A stretch of DNA of 64,000 nucleotides from assembly GCF_006345805.1 (NCBI RefSeq), contig NC_042997.1:50034001-50098000 (forward strand), read 5' to 3'. Position 1 is the stretch's first letter. Every line of letters begins with the position of its first letter. This document shows positions 51,215 through 62,570 of the stretch, in pieces. The notes beneath the pieces are model-generated. The model had not been told where the DNA came from, ran no database searches, and was given only the letters and a program-made list of their open reading frames with translations. The translations under genes were made by a program, and so were the position numbers. Origin of the DNA: Octopus sinensis. Taxonomy: Eukaryota.

Positions 51215-52449
51215 GTGTAGACCATGGTAAGTTTGCTTTAATCCCATAATAAAACACCGCCAATAGAATTATTGGTGTAGATTCAAATACTGCCTTTATG
51301 TATACTCATTTAGAATCAATATTTGTGCAGTAAGCCCCTTAACTGATAGGTGTATCTACAGCGAGCACCTTAGATAAGTGCATTCTAGAGGAGATATACC
51401 ATTCTGGTCAAGTCATTATACTTACATTACTAATGTACTAATAAGGCAACAGGACTTCATTATGTTATAACTTCTAGTATCCCGTTTCCTGTTTAATAAG
51501 TTAGAATACGTGGCGATTTGTCAGAGTTTATTTAAAGCATTGGGATTCGATCCTGTTCGCCGCAGCCTTACTTCAAATGCCCTACACGCGGTGGTGACTT
51601 TGCCTTTCATTCACTGAGGATAGACGAAAAAAAAAGAAAAAAAAGAAAAGAGAAATCTTCAGGGTGATAAATTAGTGGAACCGTAAGAAAGTCGGAAGAG
51701 ATGCCTTGCGGAATTTGCTTCGGTCCTTTAGGTTCTGAGTTCAAATCCAGCCATGACCAACGTAAGCTTTAGACGTTATCCGTCGTCCGTTTTAACATCA
51801 CTATCTGACACATCGGGTGCTTCAGCGGAGCCTATCTTATAGCAAGCATTCTAGCCAGATCTCACTGCTTGAGAATACTTTTCTCCTTTCCACTTCCTTG
51901 GCCATGTAAAGAGTTACAGACACTGCCTTCCATCTTGAATACGACCTCAGACAGCAACACACTATCATCGATTCCCGCTTGAAGCCAGTACGCTCCGTTT
52001 ACTTAATTTATAACACTAGTAAGTAAATAGATATAATAGAATCTCATCCATGTGTGTGAGATTTTTACAGACGATCATGTCACTAAGTCGCATATCAATA
52101 CTTGTTATAGAATATTGATGCAGCCCTAAAATGTACAACATGGACTTTTGTTTAACCACATAGAACATAACTGCTGTTGTATGAAGCTAATAGAAAACTG
52201 CAATCCATACAGAAAAAAAATGCTTGGTTGCTCAGAGACATGCGATCAGATTATCAAGAACGGACAGACAGACAGACTTATAGAGACACGGTTAAGCAGA
52301 CAGATAAACATGTACACGCACACAAACACATACAGACTAGCATATTTATACATAAGCAATCACATACACATACATTTACACTTAGAAGTATCTTCAGTGT
52401 AATTAGGTTGTATATAGTTATATACAACAAATACACACACACGTGTGTG

Positions 52450-52495
52450 AGCGTGTATATATATATATATATATTATATATATATATTATATAAT

Positions 52496-52526
<31 letters not shown>

Positions 52527-52708
52527 TCATACATACATACATATATATACACACACACACATATATATATAAACATATGGTGATATAAATGATATAAATG
52601 ATCGTGCGTTTGTCTCCCTCTTCCATTACTCTCATAAACACACACACATATATATATATATTTCCACACACGCATATGCATATATATATATACAGACACA
52701 AACATGCA

Positions 52709-52740
<32 letters not shown>

Positions 52741-52890
52741 CACATGTATATATGTACACATATATACACACACATATAGTACACACGCCTACATATGTGC
52801 GCGCGTGTGTGTATGTTAATGTGCGTGCGTGATGTGTGTGTGTATGTGTGTGTGTGTGCGCGCGCGCGCGTGTGTGTGTATGTGTGTCTG
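52450..52890. repeat. Compound (TA)/(CA)/(CATA)/(TG)/(CG) microsatellites
   Basis: Direct reading. Confidence 0.9.
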
Positions 52891-53219
52891 TGTGTTTTAA
52901 TGTAGGACACTCGATTTGATTCTGAATGTATTTTGTTCTGATATTCAAGTAAACGCGACCTTTTGTTTCCCTAGCGATATATGTAATAACAGGCAAAAGC
53001 GTTGAAGAAAAAAAAAAAGAAAAAGAAAAACAGGCCAAAACCCGAACGTAACGTTGATAAAATAATTTACTGAAATGACGACGTTTAGCCTAAACAGATA
53101 AGTGAGGTGAAGTTCTTTCCCTTGAAAATATGTAAGGGAGATAATGCACTCAAATCTATTACAATTGTTTGGTAATCAGTGAATCAACTTCACTGAAAAC
53201 TAGATACAAACATTTGCGA

Positions 53220-54040
53220 ATCGGGACGGATATCCGCGGCTGGCGGGCGTCTGCTGCTCTAGACCGATGAAGGACAATGATCCTGAAACATGCGTGTCTC
53301 TAGATGCAGGCCTGGCTGCTGGGGGTGTTTGTCTCCCCTTCGTAAATGTATATAAGTACACAGGAAAAATGTGTCGAAGCCAGCAGGAAGCGTCGATACT
53401 TCCTAGGGCTAAACAGCGGTGGTGTAACCCCCTACTGCCACGTTCACGTTAGATTGACAGTATACAACCATTCTGTGCCCGTGGTTAATTATGGAGTGAA
53501 GTTTAGGACTTATAAATCTAATATTTTTTTTATCCTTCCTTAATACCGGTTTCCATATGCCATTCATATCTGCACTCGGTTTGATTAGGAGGTTGTTGTG
53601 TCCTAGCATAGGTACTGCTTCTTTTAGTTTTCGTATTTTCCAGTAGTGTTCTCTGTCTATTATTTTAACTTCATCCCACAGGGGGAGGTGGTCTCCATTT
53701 TTCCATATATGATCGGCCATACCCCATTTATCAATATCTCCTCTTGTCACAGCTTTGCCATGTTCGTCTACCCTTATTTTGAGGAGGTGGCATGTTTCGC
53801 CATTGTATAACCTACCACAACTGCATGAGATGGAGTAAATGCAGTCTTTGGTCATATCCTCTTCTATTGGTGGTTTTACTCGAAGAAAATATTTGCAAAG
53901 TGTTGTATTACTCTTGAATACTGTCCTCATGTCATATGGGCCGCATATATTTCGTATCTTTTCGGAGAGGCCTTTCACATGTGAAAATCCTCTGTTGATG
54001 AGATTTCACCAAACAGGGAACTGGACGAAGAAGCACAGTA
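53220..54040 (-). mobile_element. 5'-truncated Penelope-like element: GIY-YIG endonuclease remnant + 3' UTR/pLTR
   Basis: ORF 53409-53978: KGLSEKIRNIC..VFKSNTTL..CIYSISCSCGRLYNGET..LKIRVDEH..ADHIW..KIIDRE..RKLKEA. Confidence 0.88.
53254..53309 (+). ncRNA. Minimal type I hammerhead ribozyme motif (U4C variant)
   Basis: Stem I CTGC-TCTAGA/TCTAGA-t-GCAG; core CCGATGA; stem II AGGA/TCCT; GAAA; stem III ACA-tgcg-TGT; GUC cleavage triplet ending at 53298. Confidence 0.75.
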
Positions 54041-54059
54041 GAATACTCTCTGCACTGAA

Positions 54060-54330
54060 AGGACCTCATACCGCTAAAGTTTTTTTTTTATGGAAATACT
54101 TAATAGATAAAGTTTACGGTATAAAACTGGCGACAGTCGACGAATTGAGGATAGTCAATGGACAATAATGCGCACAAATACCGAATGAAATGATTCTTGA
54201 TGTTTGCTTCTTGCTGTCAGTACCTGGACCAAAACTGTCATCAGGTTGAACATAGGTATTCATAAGAATTATAATTCTCTCCGTTAATTCTATTAAGTAT
54301 TGAAAATTAAATGTATTTTAATAGACACTG
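54060..54330 (+). mobile_element. Tc1/mariner-superfamily transposase C-terminal relic
   Basis: FFLWKYLIDKVYGIKLATVDELR..CAQIPNEMI resembles the DFFLWGYLK.KVY..P.T..EL motif. Confidence 0.6.
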
Positions 54331-54369
54331 ACTTTATAGTCATTCAATGTGCATATAGTCTGTCTGTCT

Positions 54370-54900
54370 GCTTGGACAATGGATGCGCCAGATCGAGAAT
54401 TCACATAATAGGATTTATTGTTGAACAAGCGAATCTGTGGGTGGTAGTTCTTTGATCAGCTGCTGCATGTATGACAGCATCAAGGTGATTGCTGCCCCAG
54501 TTTTCCTTTACACACCTCTGTCTAACCACAGATAGGTTCGCTTCTCTTCAGCGTTTGTAATACATGTATGTACATTTCTTCACCAGGTACAGCGGTTTAT
54601 AGCTGCTTCTTCCCATGCAAGTAAAATCTGTAATCTTCAAGTCACGTTTACAAACTCCTCTGTGTAGCACCACCAGTATCCCATCGCTAGCTCCTCATAA
54701 AACATATTTTTAGGGATATGGCCATCCTGCATGCAGTAGACATAGCCAAACTAGTGCTCTTATTGCTGCGTGGGTGGAGCATATATACTTGGCATAGTGA
54801 CCTTGTCGAGTACATTTTTGTTTACCATACGCTGCTACCTGTCCATACCAAAGATCAGACGATACCACTCTAGATGGACGCCATTGAGGTAGTATTATTG
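54370..54900 (-). pseudogene. Degenerate RTE-clade LINE 3' fragment
   Basis: Minus strand: DGHIPKNMFYEELAMG and VCKRDLK motifs; 3' end GGCGCATCCATTGTC..CAGACAG. Confidence 0.7.
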
Positions 54901-55424
54901 GTGCATATAAGTTGACTAATTTGCACTACTGAAGAGAAAATTACTCAGTACTCAAACTGTGCACGTTAAAATTTTGGTGTCTTGGAAAACTTAACCATTC
55001 AACGATAGTTTTTTTTCTGTTGTATTCTGGGTTGAAGTACAGTTCTTATGCTGACCGTTTATCCAAGGTAAGTGAATTCATCCTCCGCTCAAGAGACTCT
55101 AACAATTACAGGTTCTTATTTCTCCTCAACAACATTTGAAAGATCTTCGTCCGAGTAGTTTTAAAGAGGTTCGAAGCCCTTGCAGAAAATATCTACTCCG
55201 AATCATATTGTGGCTTGAGGATAGAGAGATTCACTACAGAAGAATATCCAGAAAACTAAGATAACCTTCGTCCATCTGATCCTGACTCTACTCAGTGGGT
55301 AAAAACGACCTCTTCGCTCTCATGTCGAAAGACCGATACCCACTAAAGCTATTTAAAACCATCACCTCCTTCTATGGTGACACGTAGCAGAGAATGTAAT
55401 TTAAGGATTCACCTTTGGCGTAAA

Positions 55425-55793
55425 TCTCTCTCTATATAAACGGCAGTTTGTCTGTCTGCGTGTCTGTGTGTCTGTTAGGTTGTACCCTCACCCTGACCAC
55501 GGCTTTCAACCGTTTCTGATGAAATTTGACACACACATAGCCCAATGTCATAATTCAAAACTAACGCAGCGAAAATTTTGAAAAGTTCCCCCAGTTCTGA
55601 AAAAAATCGATAAATTCGACATGGGGTCGAGAATAAGAAACACAAACCACAGACTGTCTAGGGGACGCAACTCGACCTTTTTAACTCTCAAAAAAAATTT
55701 ACCATTTTTTTGCTATTTTTGGGCTATAACTCTCTAAAATGCTTTATAGTTATTTCCCTTACAAACCCGAGCAACGCCGGGCGATACTGTTAG
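55425..55793 (+). mobile_element. Non-autonomous Helitron (369 bp)
   Basis: 5' TC, 3' hairpin CCCGAGCAACGCCGGG then TTAG (CTAG variant), inserted between A and T, no TSD. Confidence 0.8.
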
Positions 55794-56444
55794 TATCTAC
55801 TAAAACACGTTCTCAAAGAGAACTCAGAACCATGTGCGTAGACCATTGATATTAGTCAGTAATATCCACAAAGCAAGAATATTTTTATTTAGCATCCAGT
55901 TTACGAATTCTGTTTCAGAGACCAACGGCTTAGTTGTTTTCACGAGACGCTAACCTCACCTCTATAAACTAAATCCTATGTGTTGCATTCTTGAATCCTC
56001 GATCCAACGTGAGGGCCTCTACATGGCTTCTCGAACTGATAATAATATTAGGAACTATTTTGGGTTGTTGCTATCTCTTATTATCCAAATGACAGCGTAC
56101 TACCAAAGAAAAAGGAAAGAAGGACATAAAGATAGACAGATATATTTAAAAAAAAAACACCGGATGGCCATGTTTGCGTTGACCAGAGACTAAACAATAA
56201 TATTATCTGAACACGTCAAGAGAGATTCTCTCGTGACAAGAAGGAATTTTTATCATTGTGGTCGTTCGATCTGCAAGTAATAGCACCCAAACGTCCTTCA
56301 AAAGACACTCAAGAGCCTTAAAATAGAAAGTAACATTGGATAATGTAATTTTGGAGGCATTCTGGGTAAATATGACGGTGTTGTTACGGTTGGAATGTTT
56401 TTGGTTACGAACCAGTCTGGTAAGGATTAATCTGGTGCTAAACA

Positions 56445-56505
56445 TCATCATCATCATCGTCATCATCATCATCATCATCAGTAGCAGCAGCAGCAGCAGC
56501 AGCAG
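56445..56505. repeat. (CAT)n(CAG)n
   Basis: Direct reading. Confidence 0.9.
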
Positions 56506-56728
56506 CATTATCATGATCACCGTTATCACCGTCAGATCAAAGGTGATCAATGATAAACCACAACAAAGGCAGTGATCGTCTTCCGGATCGCAACCGTTTC
56601 ATTAATCTCTTTGTTGCTCGAACAAACGAACTCAAGTTAGGAACTGCAGCAGCGATAAAGTGAATCATCGGTTTCCAACGAATAAATAATAAATGTGTTG
56701 ATAGATTTTCATTACCTCCATTCACCGA

Positions 56729-56735
56729 AACACAC

Positions 56736-56774
<39 letters not shown>

Positions 56775-56777
56775 CAC

Positions 56778-56812
<35 letters not shown>

Positions 56813-56860
56813 AAAAACACACACACACACACAACACACACACGCACACGCACGCACGCA
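56729..56860. repeat. (CA)n
   Basis: Direct reading. Confidence 0.95.
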
Positions 56861-56939
56861 CGCATGTATGTATCTCTATATATGCAGGTATAGATGTGTG
56901 TGTGTGTGGTTGATGTGTGTATTATATATTATATATGCA

Positions 56940-58453
56940 TCTATGTATGTACGTACGTATGTATGTATGTATGTATGTATGTATGTATGTATGTATGTTG
57001 TATGTATGTATGCATGTATGTATGTATGTATGTATGTATGTATGTATGCATGTTGTATGTATGTATGTATTGTATGTATGTATGTATGTATGCATGTATG
57101 TATGTATGTATGTATGTATGTATGTATGTAGTATGTATGTATGCATGTATGTATATGTATGTATTGATGTATGTATATATGTATGTATGTTGTATGTATG
57201 TATGCATGCATGTATGTATGTATGTATGTACGTACGTATGTGTATGTATGTATGTATGTATGTATGTATGTATGTATGTATGTATGTATGTTGTATGTAT
57301 GCATGTATGTATATATGTATATGTATGTATGTATGTATGATGCATGTATGTATTGTATGTATGTATGTATGTATGTATGTAGTATGTATGTATGTTGTAT
57401 GTATGTATTTATGTATGTATGTTGTATGTATGTATGTATGTATGTATGTGTATGCATGTATGTATGTGTATGTATGTATGTATGTATGTATGTATGTATG
57501 TAGTATGCATGTATGTATGTATGTATGTATGTATGTATGTATTTATGTATGTATGCATGTATGTATATAGTATGTATGCATGTATGTATATATGTATGAT
57601 GTATGTATGTATGTATGTATGCATGTATGTAGCATGTATGTATGTATGTATGTATGTAGTATATATGTATGTATGTATGTATGTATGCATGTATGCATGA
57701 TGTATGTATGTATGTAGTATGTATGATGTATGCTGTATTATGTATGCATGTATGTAGTATGTATGTATGTATGTATGTATGTATGTAGGTATGTATGTAT
57801 GCATGTATGTATGTATGTAGTATGTATGTATGCATGTATGTATGTATGTATGTATGTATGTATGTATGCATGTATGTATGTATGTATGTATGTATGTTGT
57901 ATGTATGTATGTATGTATTTATGTATGTATGTATGTATGATGTATGTATGGATGTATGTATGTAGCATGTATGTATTATGTATGTTATGTATGTATGTAT
58001 GTATGTTATGTGCATGTATGTATGTATGTATGTATGTATGTATGTATGCATGTATGTATATATGTTGATGTATGTATGTATGTCTGTATGCATGTATGTA
58101 TGTATGTTATGTATGTATGTATTTATGTATGTATTTTGTATGTATGTATGTAGTATGTAGTATGATGTATGTATGTATGTATGCATGCATGCATGATGAT
58201 GTCTGTATGTATGTATGTATGTATGTATGCATGTATGTATGTATGTATGTATGTATGTATGTATGATGCATGTATGTATGTATGTATGTATGTATGTATG
58301 TATGTATGCATGTATGTGTATGTATGTATGTATGTATGTAGTATTATGTATGTATGTATGTATGTGGTATGTATGTGTGTATGTATGTATGTATGTATTA
58401 TGTATGTATGTATGTATGTATGTATGTATGTATGTATGTATGTATGTATGTAT
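56940..58453. repeat. ~1.5 kb imperfect (TATG)n array
   Basis: Direct reading. Confidence 0.97.
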
Positions 58454-58531
58454 GCATATTTGTTGGTGCGTGTGTATGTGTGCTTATCTATGTGTGGACA
58501 ACTTAGGATTACCTGAATACTCATTGATGTC

Positions 58532-58541
58532 AGAGAGAGAG

Positions 58542-58587
<46 letters not shown>

Positions 58588-58603
58588 GAGAGAGAGAGAG
58601 GGA

Positions 58604-58637
<34 letters not shown>

Positions 58638-58975
58638 AAGATAGAGAGAGAAAATGCGGCAGAAAAAGACATGAGTTAAGAAAGAAAAATAGCTGGGGAG
58701 GAACTAAGGAAATTTTCTGAACCATGTTGACCTGCATGTTCACATAAAGATTCATGTACACACATACATACATACACACATACATAAATACATACATACA
58801 TAAATAAATACATACATACATACATAAATACACACACACATACATAAATACATACATACATACATACATACATACATACATACATACATACATACATACA
58901 TACATACACACATACATACATACATACATACACACACACATACATACATACATACATACATACATACATACGTAC
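58532..58975. repeat. (GA)n (58532-58650) and (CATA)n (58755-58975)
   Basis: Direct reading. Confidence 0.93.
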
Positions 58976-59039
58976 ATGCATAAATACAGACAGACAGACA
59001 AACAGAAGAACAGACTACAAGCGCTAAAAATAGAATACT

Positions 59040-59230
59040 ATTGCAACGAATTACCAAGTGAAAGTAGGCAACACAGGAAAGACAAATTGCAACAAATATG
59101 TGTATTAACCTTACGCTTAAAAGAAACGGGGAAAATTTTTACGTTTCGGATGCTCATCCTTCATCATCAGAAGAGACGTAAAGTGGAGAAAGTGGAAGAG
59201 AAATGGTTAGGAGCCAGGTGGGAATGCGGT
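59040..59230 (-). mobile_element. pLTR-like unit with a hammerhead-like motif
   Basis: Minus strand CTGATGA(TGA)AGGATGAGCATCCGAAACGTA; architecture similar to 33650-33840. Confidence 0.5.
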
Positions 59231-60059
59231 TCTATAGGTGAGTTCAGAAGAGAGAAATGCGCAGGGGCTTTGCGCATGTAGAAATGTATTCGTGTATTCT
59301 GATATGCTTGTGTGTGTGTGTGTATGTGCGTGTGTGCATTGTTTGACATATATAGTATATATGTATTTTGCAAATATGTATGCTTTAGTACATGGAAAGT
59401 ACATATTTTACATACCACACACACACACACACATACACACACATATAAGCGCAAGGGTGACTGTGTAGGAAGAAGCTTGCTTCCGCTTGAACGACGTGTA
59501 CGTGTGTTTTGTGCTGGTAAGCATTTTGCTATTTCATTGTTGGATTATATTTTTTGGATTGTTACCAGTGTTGAATTGTTACCAGTGTTGAACTGTATTT
59601 GTTCTTATTATTTCCCGGTATACCAGGAAATAGGAACTGTTAAGTATATTTCTGTGGCTTTTGTAGCATTGTTTTTTGAATTTTGTGTGAAAATTCGAAC
59701 TGTTTTTAAGTCGCTGTAGACTTAGTTTTTGTGCCCCGTCCCTAGCGGGGGTGGGATTGGAACTATTATTTTCTATTAGAGGAAAATTTATTATAGGCTC
59801 TCACGTTAAGTGGAAGCGATATCTTTGTGAATCGTTGAACACTTTGAAAAGCCGTTGTAGGCTTTATTTTTGCACCCTGCCCCCAGTAGGGGTAGGATTT
59901 GAACTATTATTTTTGTTGTATGGAATTAATTTCGGCCAAGAATGTCGGTCGAAATTATTTTTAAAAAATGCACTCTCGAAGAGAGTGGTGTTAATGTTGG
60001 CGGGGGTGCCAGCACTGTTGAAAAATTTTCGCAGTTTCCTCAGTAGCAACTGAAACCAT

Positions 60060-60790
60060 AGATATTCCAGTTGAAAAACAGAAAGAATATTTCGGAAGGA
60101 TGAAAGAGGAGGACGGTGATATTAAGATATCACCCACCTTCAACGCCATAGAGACATAGAGGAAAACAGTAATGTTTAAATCTTACTGTCCCGAAAATAA
60201 ATGGTTAAAGCATTTTGAAAGGGAAAACTAGAGAAATGCCTGGTCCCTATGTGGAAGGACATTGCATACATCCCGAGGGTAAAGGCATACGCGACAATAG
60301 AAGTTAGGTTCGCAACCGAAGAGATGGCCCACGGGTACTTCGTGAGCCCCCTGAAAACAAAGGAGGTGATGCTTCTGCCAACCTACATGGGGAGGCGCAC
60401 TTCCCGTGTAAAGGTATACAGAAGTACCACTAGAAATTGACCCACGAGAAGTGATGGCTGTCCTGTTGTTTAACAGGACAGAAAAAATAAAATTTCTGCA
60501 AATAACATGCTCTGATCAACAGAAATGGCTAGGACAGAGTATTTCGGGGCACCGGAAGATATAGAAATACTTCCTGACAGGGTGCTCGTGGGTGAGAATG
60601 TGGTCCTTCGAATACAGGTGGAAGGTAAAAAACCTACCTGTTGTGAGTGTGGAAAGAAGGGCCACATTCGTCTCGACTGTGAAGAAAGAAAACAGAGAGA
60701 GGAAGAAAAGGGAAGAGATGACAAACTTGTACAGACACTAAGCCCTACATCTGAAAAAAAAAAACAACAACCCCAAATTGGCAATTAGTA
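60060..60790 (+). pseudogene. Degenerate ORF1 of an L1/Tx1-type LINE (RRM-like region + gag CCHC knuckle)
   Basis: IEVRFATEE..LLPTYMGRRT.RVKV and LRIQVEGKKPTCCECGKKGHIRLDC (CX2CX4HX4C); frameshifted. Confidence 0.7.
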
Positions 60791-60844
60791 GAACATTTAC
60801 AATTGTTTAGAGTGGCCGAAGACTTTTTACGGCACTGTATATAT

Positions 60845-61182
60845 ATAAAGACCCCCTTCGGTCATGAATGACCATGGGATTGCACCTAGAAAGTTACCCT
60901 CCTAGACACAAGTCCGGGCAAGGTTGTTTATGGAAGACCAGCAGTCGCCCATGCATACCAGCCTCCCCTCTCCACGCCACCAGTGTTATCCAAGGGAAAG
61001 ACAAAGGTCGATACAGCTTGGCACCTGTGACGTCGCAACTCATTTCTACAGCTGAGTGAACTGGAGCAACGTGAAATAAAGTGCTTTGCTCAAGAACACA
61101 ACACACAGCCCGGACTGGGATTCGAGCTCACAACCTCACGATCGTAAGCTCGACGCTCTAACCACTGAGCCATGCGCCTTCA
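60845..61182 (-). mobile_element. tRNA-derived SINE, head C + tail F
   Basis: GAAGGCGCATGGCTCAGTGGTTAGAGC..CTTGAGCAAAGCACTTTATTTCACGTTGCTCCAGTTCACTCAGCTG, then a tail seen only once in the window. Confidence 0.85.
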
Positions 61183-61185
61183 CAT

Positions 61186-61203
61186 GTATATATATATATA
61201 TAT

Positions 61204-61244
<41 letters not shown>

Positions 61245-61272
61245 AAGAGAGAAAGAGAGAGAGAGAGAGATT

Positions 61273-61342
<70 letters not shown>

Positions 61343-61345
61343 CAG
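61186..61345. repeat. (TA)(GA)(GATA)n
   Basis: Direct reading. Confidence 0.95.
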
Positions 61346-61524
61346 GTAGATATAGTTGTTTGTGATATAGCAGTTGGTGCTGGCTGGCAACTCTTCCGTT
61401 GCTTTATGTTTCATGTATCATTAAATGTGTTAAAAAGCAAGAAGGGACATCTGTCAAGTATTGTTTATCTAACCGAAATCTTAAACTCACAAATGTTATT
61501 TGTTTTTAAGTCTGTCTTTTATCC

Positions 61525-61893
61525 CTTACCTGTTTCAGTCATTAGACTACGGCCATACTGGGGCACCGCCTTGAAGAACTTTTAGCCGAATAAATATTTT
61601 CATCAATACATCAATAACTCAATACATATTTTCTATCGGTGTCTTTTGCCAAACTACTAAGCTACGGGAACATAAACACACCAGCACGGGTTGTCAAGCT
61701 TCGGTGGGTAACAAACGCACCACCACCCACACATACACACACACACACACGACGGTCTTCTTTCAGTTTTCATCTACCAAACCACTCATAAGGCCTCGGT
61801 CGAAAATATTTGCCCAAGGTGCCCTGCACTGAGATTGAACTTGGAACCATGTGGTTGTGGAGCAGGCTTCTTACCACACAGCTTCGCCTGCAC
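61525..61893 (-). mobile_element. Full SINE family A
   Basis: Matches 49868-50270. Confidence 0.85.
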
Positions 61894-62099
61894 CTTTCTG
61901 ATTTCTTTATATAAATAATTTAGTCTAGAGATAAAGCATAAAAAGTCATAGACGGTAGCAAGTGATATGTCATGAGACCGTGAGTTGAAACTTAAGTAAC
62001 TGCCATCCTAGCCATTTAATAACACCCAAAGCTGTTAAATACACTTTGTAATTCAAAATTATTCCATGAAGTGTCAAAATATTTGTCACTCTATTGTGT

Positions 62100-62280
62100 G
62101 TATACATACATGCATGCATACATACATACATACTACATACATACATACATACATACATACTACATACATACATACATAAATACATACATACATACATATG
62201 GATAAATTGAAAGGAGAGAGAGGAAGAGAGAGAGAAAGTGAGAGAGAGATTGAGAGATAGAGAGAAAGAGAGAGAGAGAG
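62100..62280. repeat. (CATA)n and (GA)n
   Basis: Direct reading. Confidence 0.9.
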
Positions 62281-62570
62281 AAATACCAGCTCATATCGTG
62301 TTCGACAATATTGCATATCTCAAATGAATTGTATATGAACCATTCTGATGTTCAGTGAAACGACCTCGACTTTTTTCTTGCTCGAGTCTCCTCTATTTGT
62401 GTAGGGGAGGCTCGAGTAACACGAAGAAAAAGGGTTGTTAGTTTTAATTCTTTCTAATTTCATAAAATTCTCCTTCTATAAAAGTTATCATTCTCGTTTA
62501 AGAAACTTTTGCATTGCCTATTCATTATTGCCTAGGAATATTTTATTTACACTGATGTTTTATTAGAATA

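Noticed and set aside
56876-59001. Long ORFs (up to 436 aa) of HTYI/MYVC repeats, and similar poly-I/Y/L/K/F ORFs at 1649, 14804, 24856, 31522, 43062, 49376 and 52487
   Set aside because: Translations of microsatellites that lack stop codons; no coding signal
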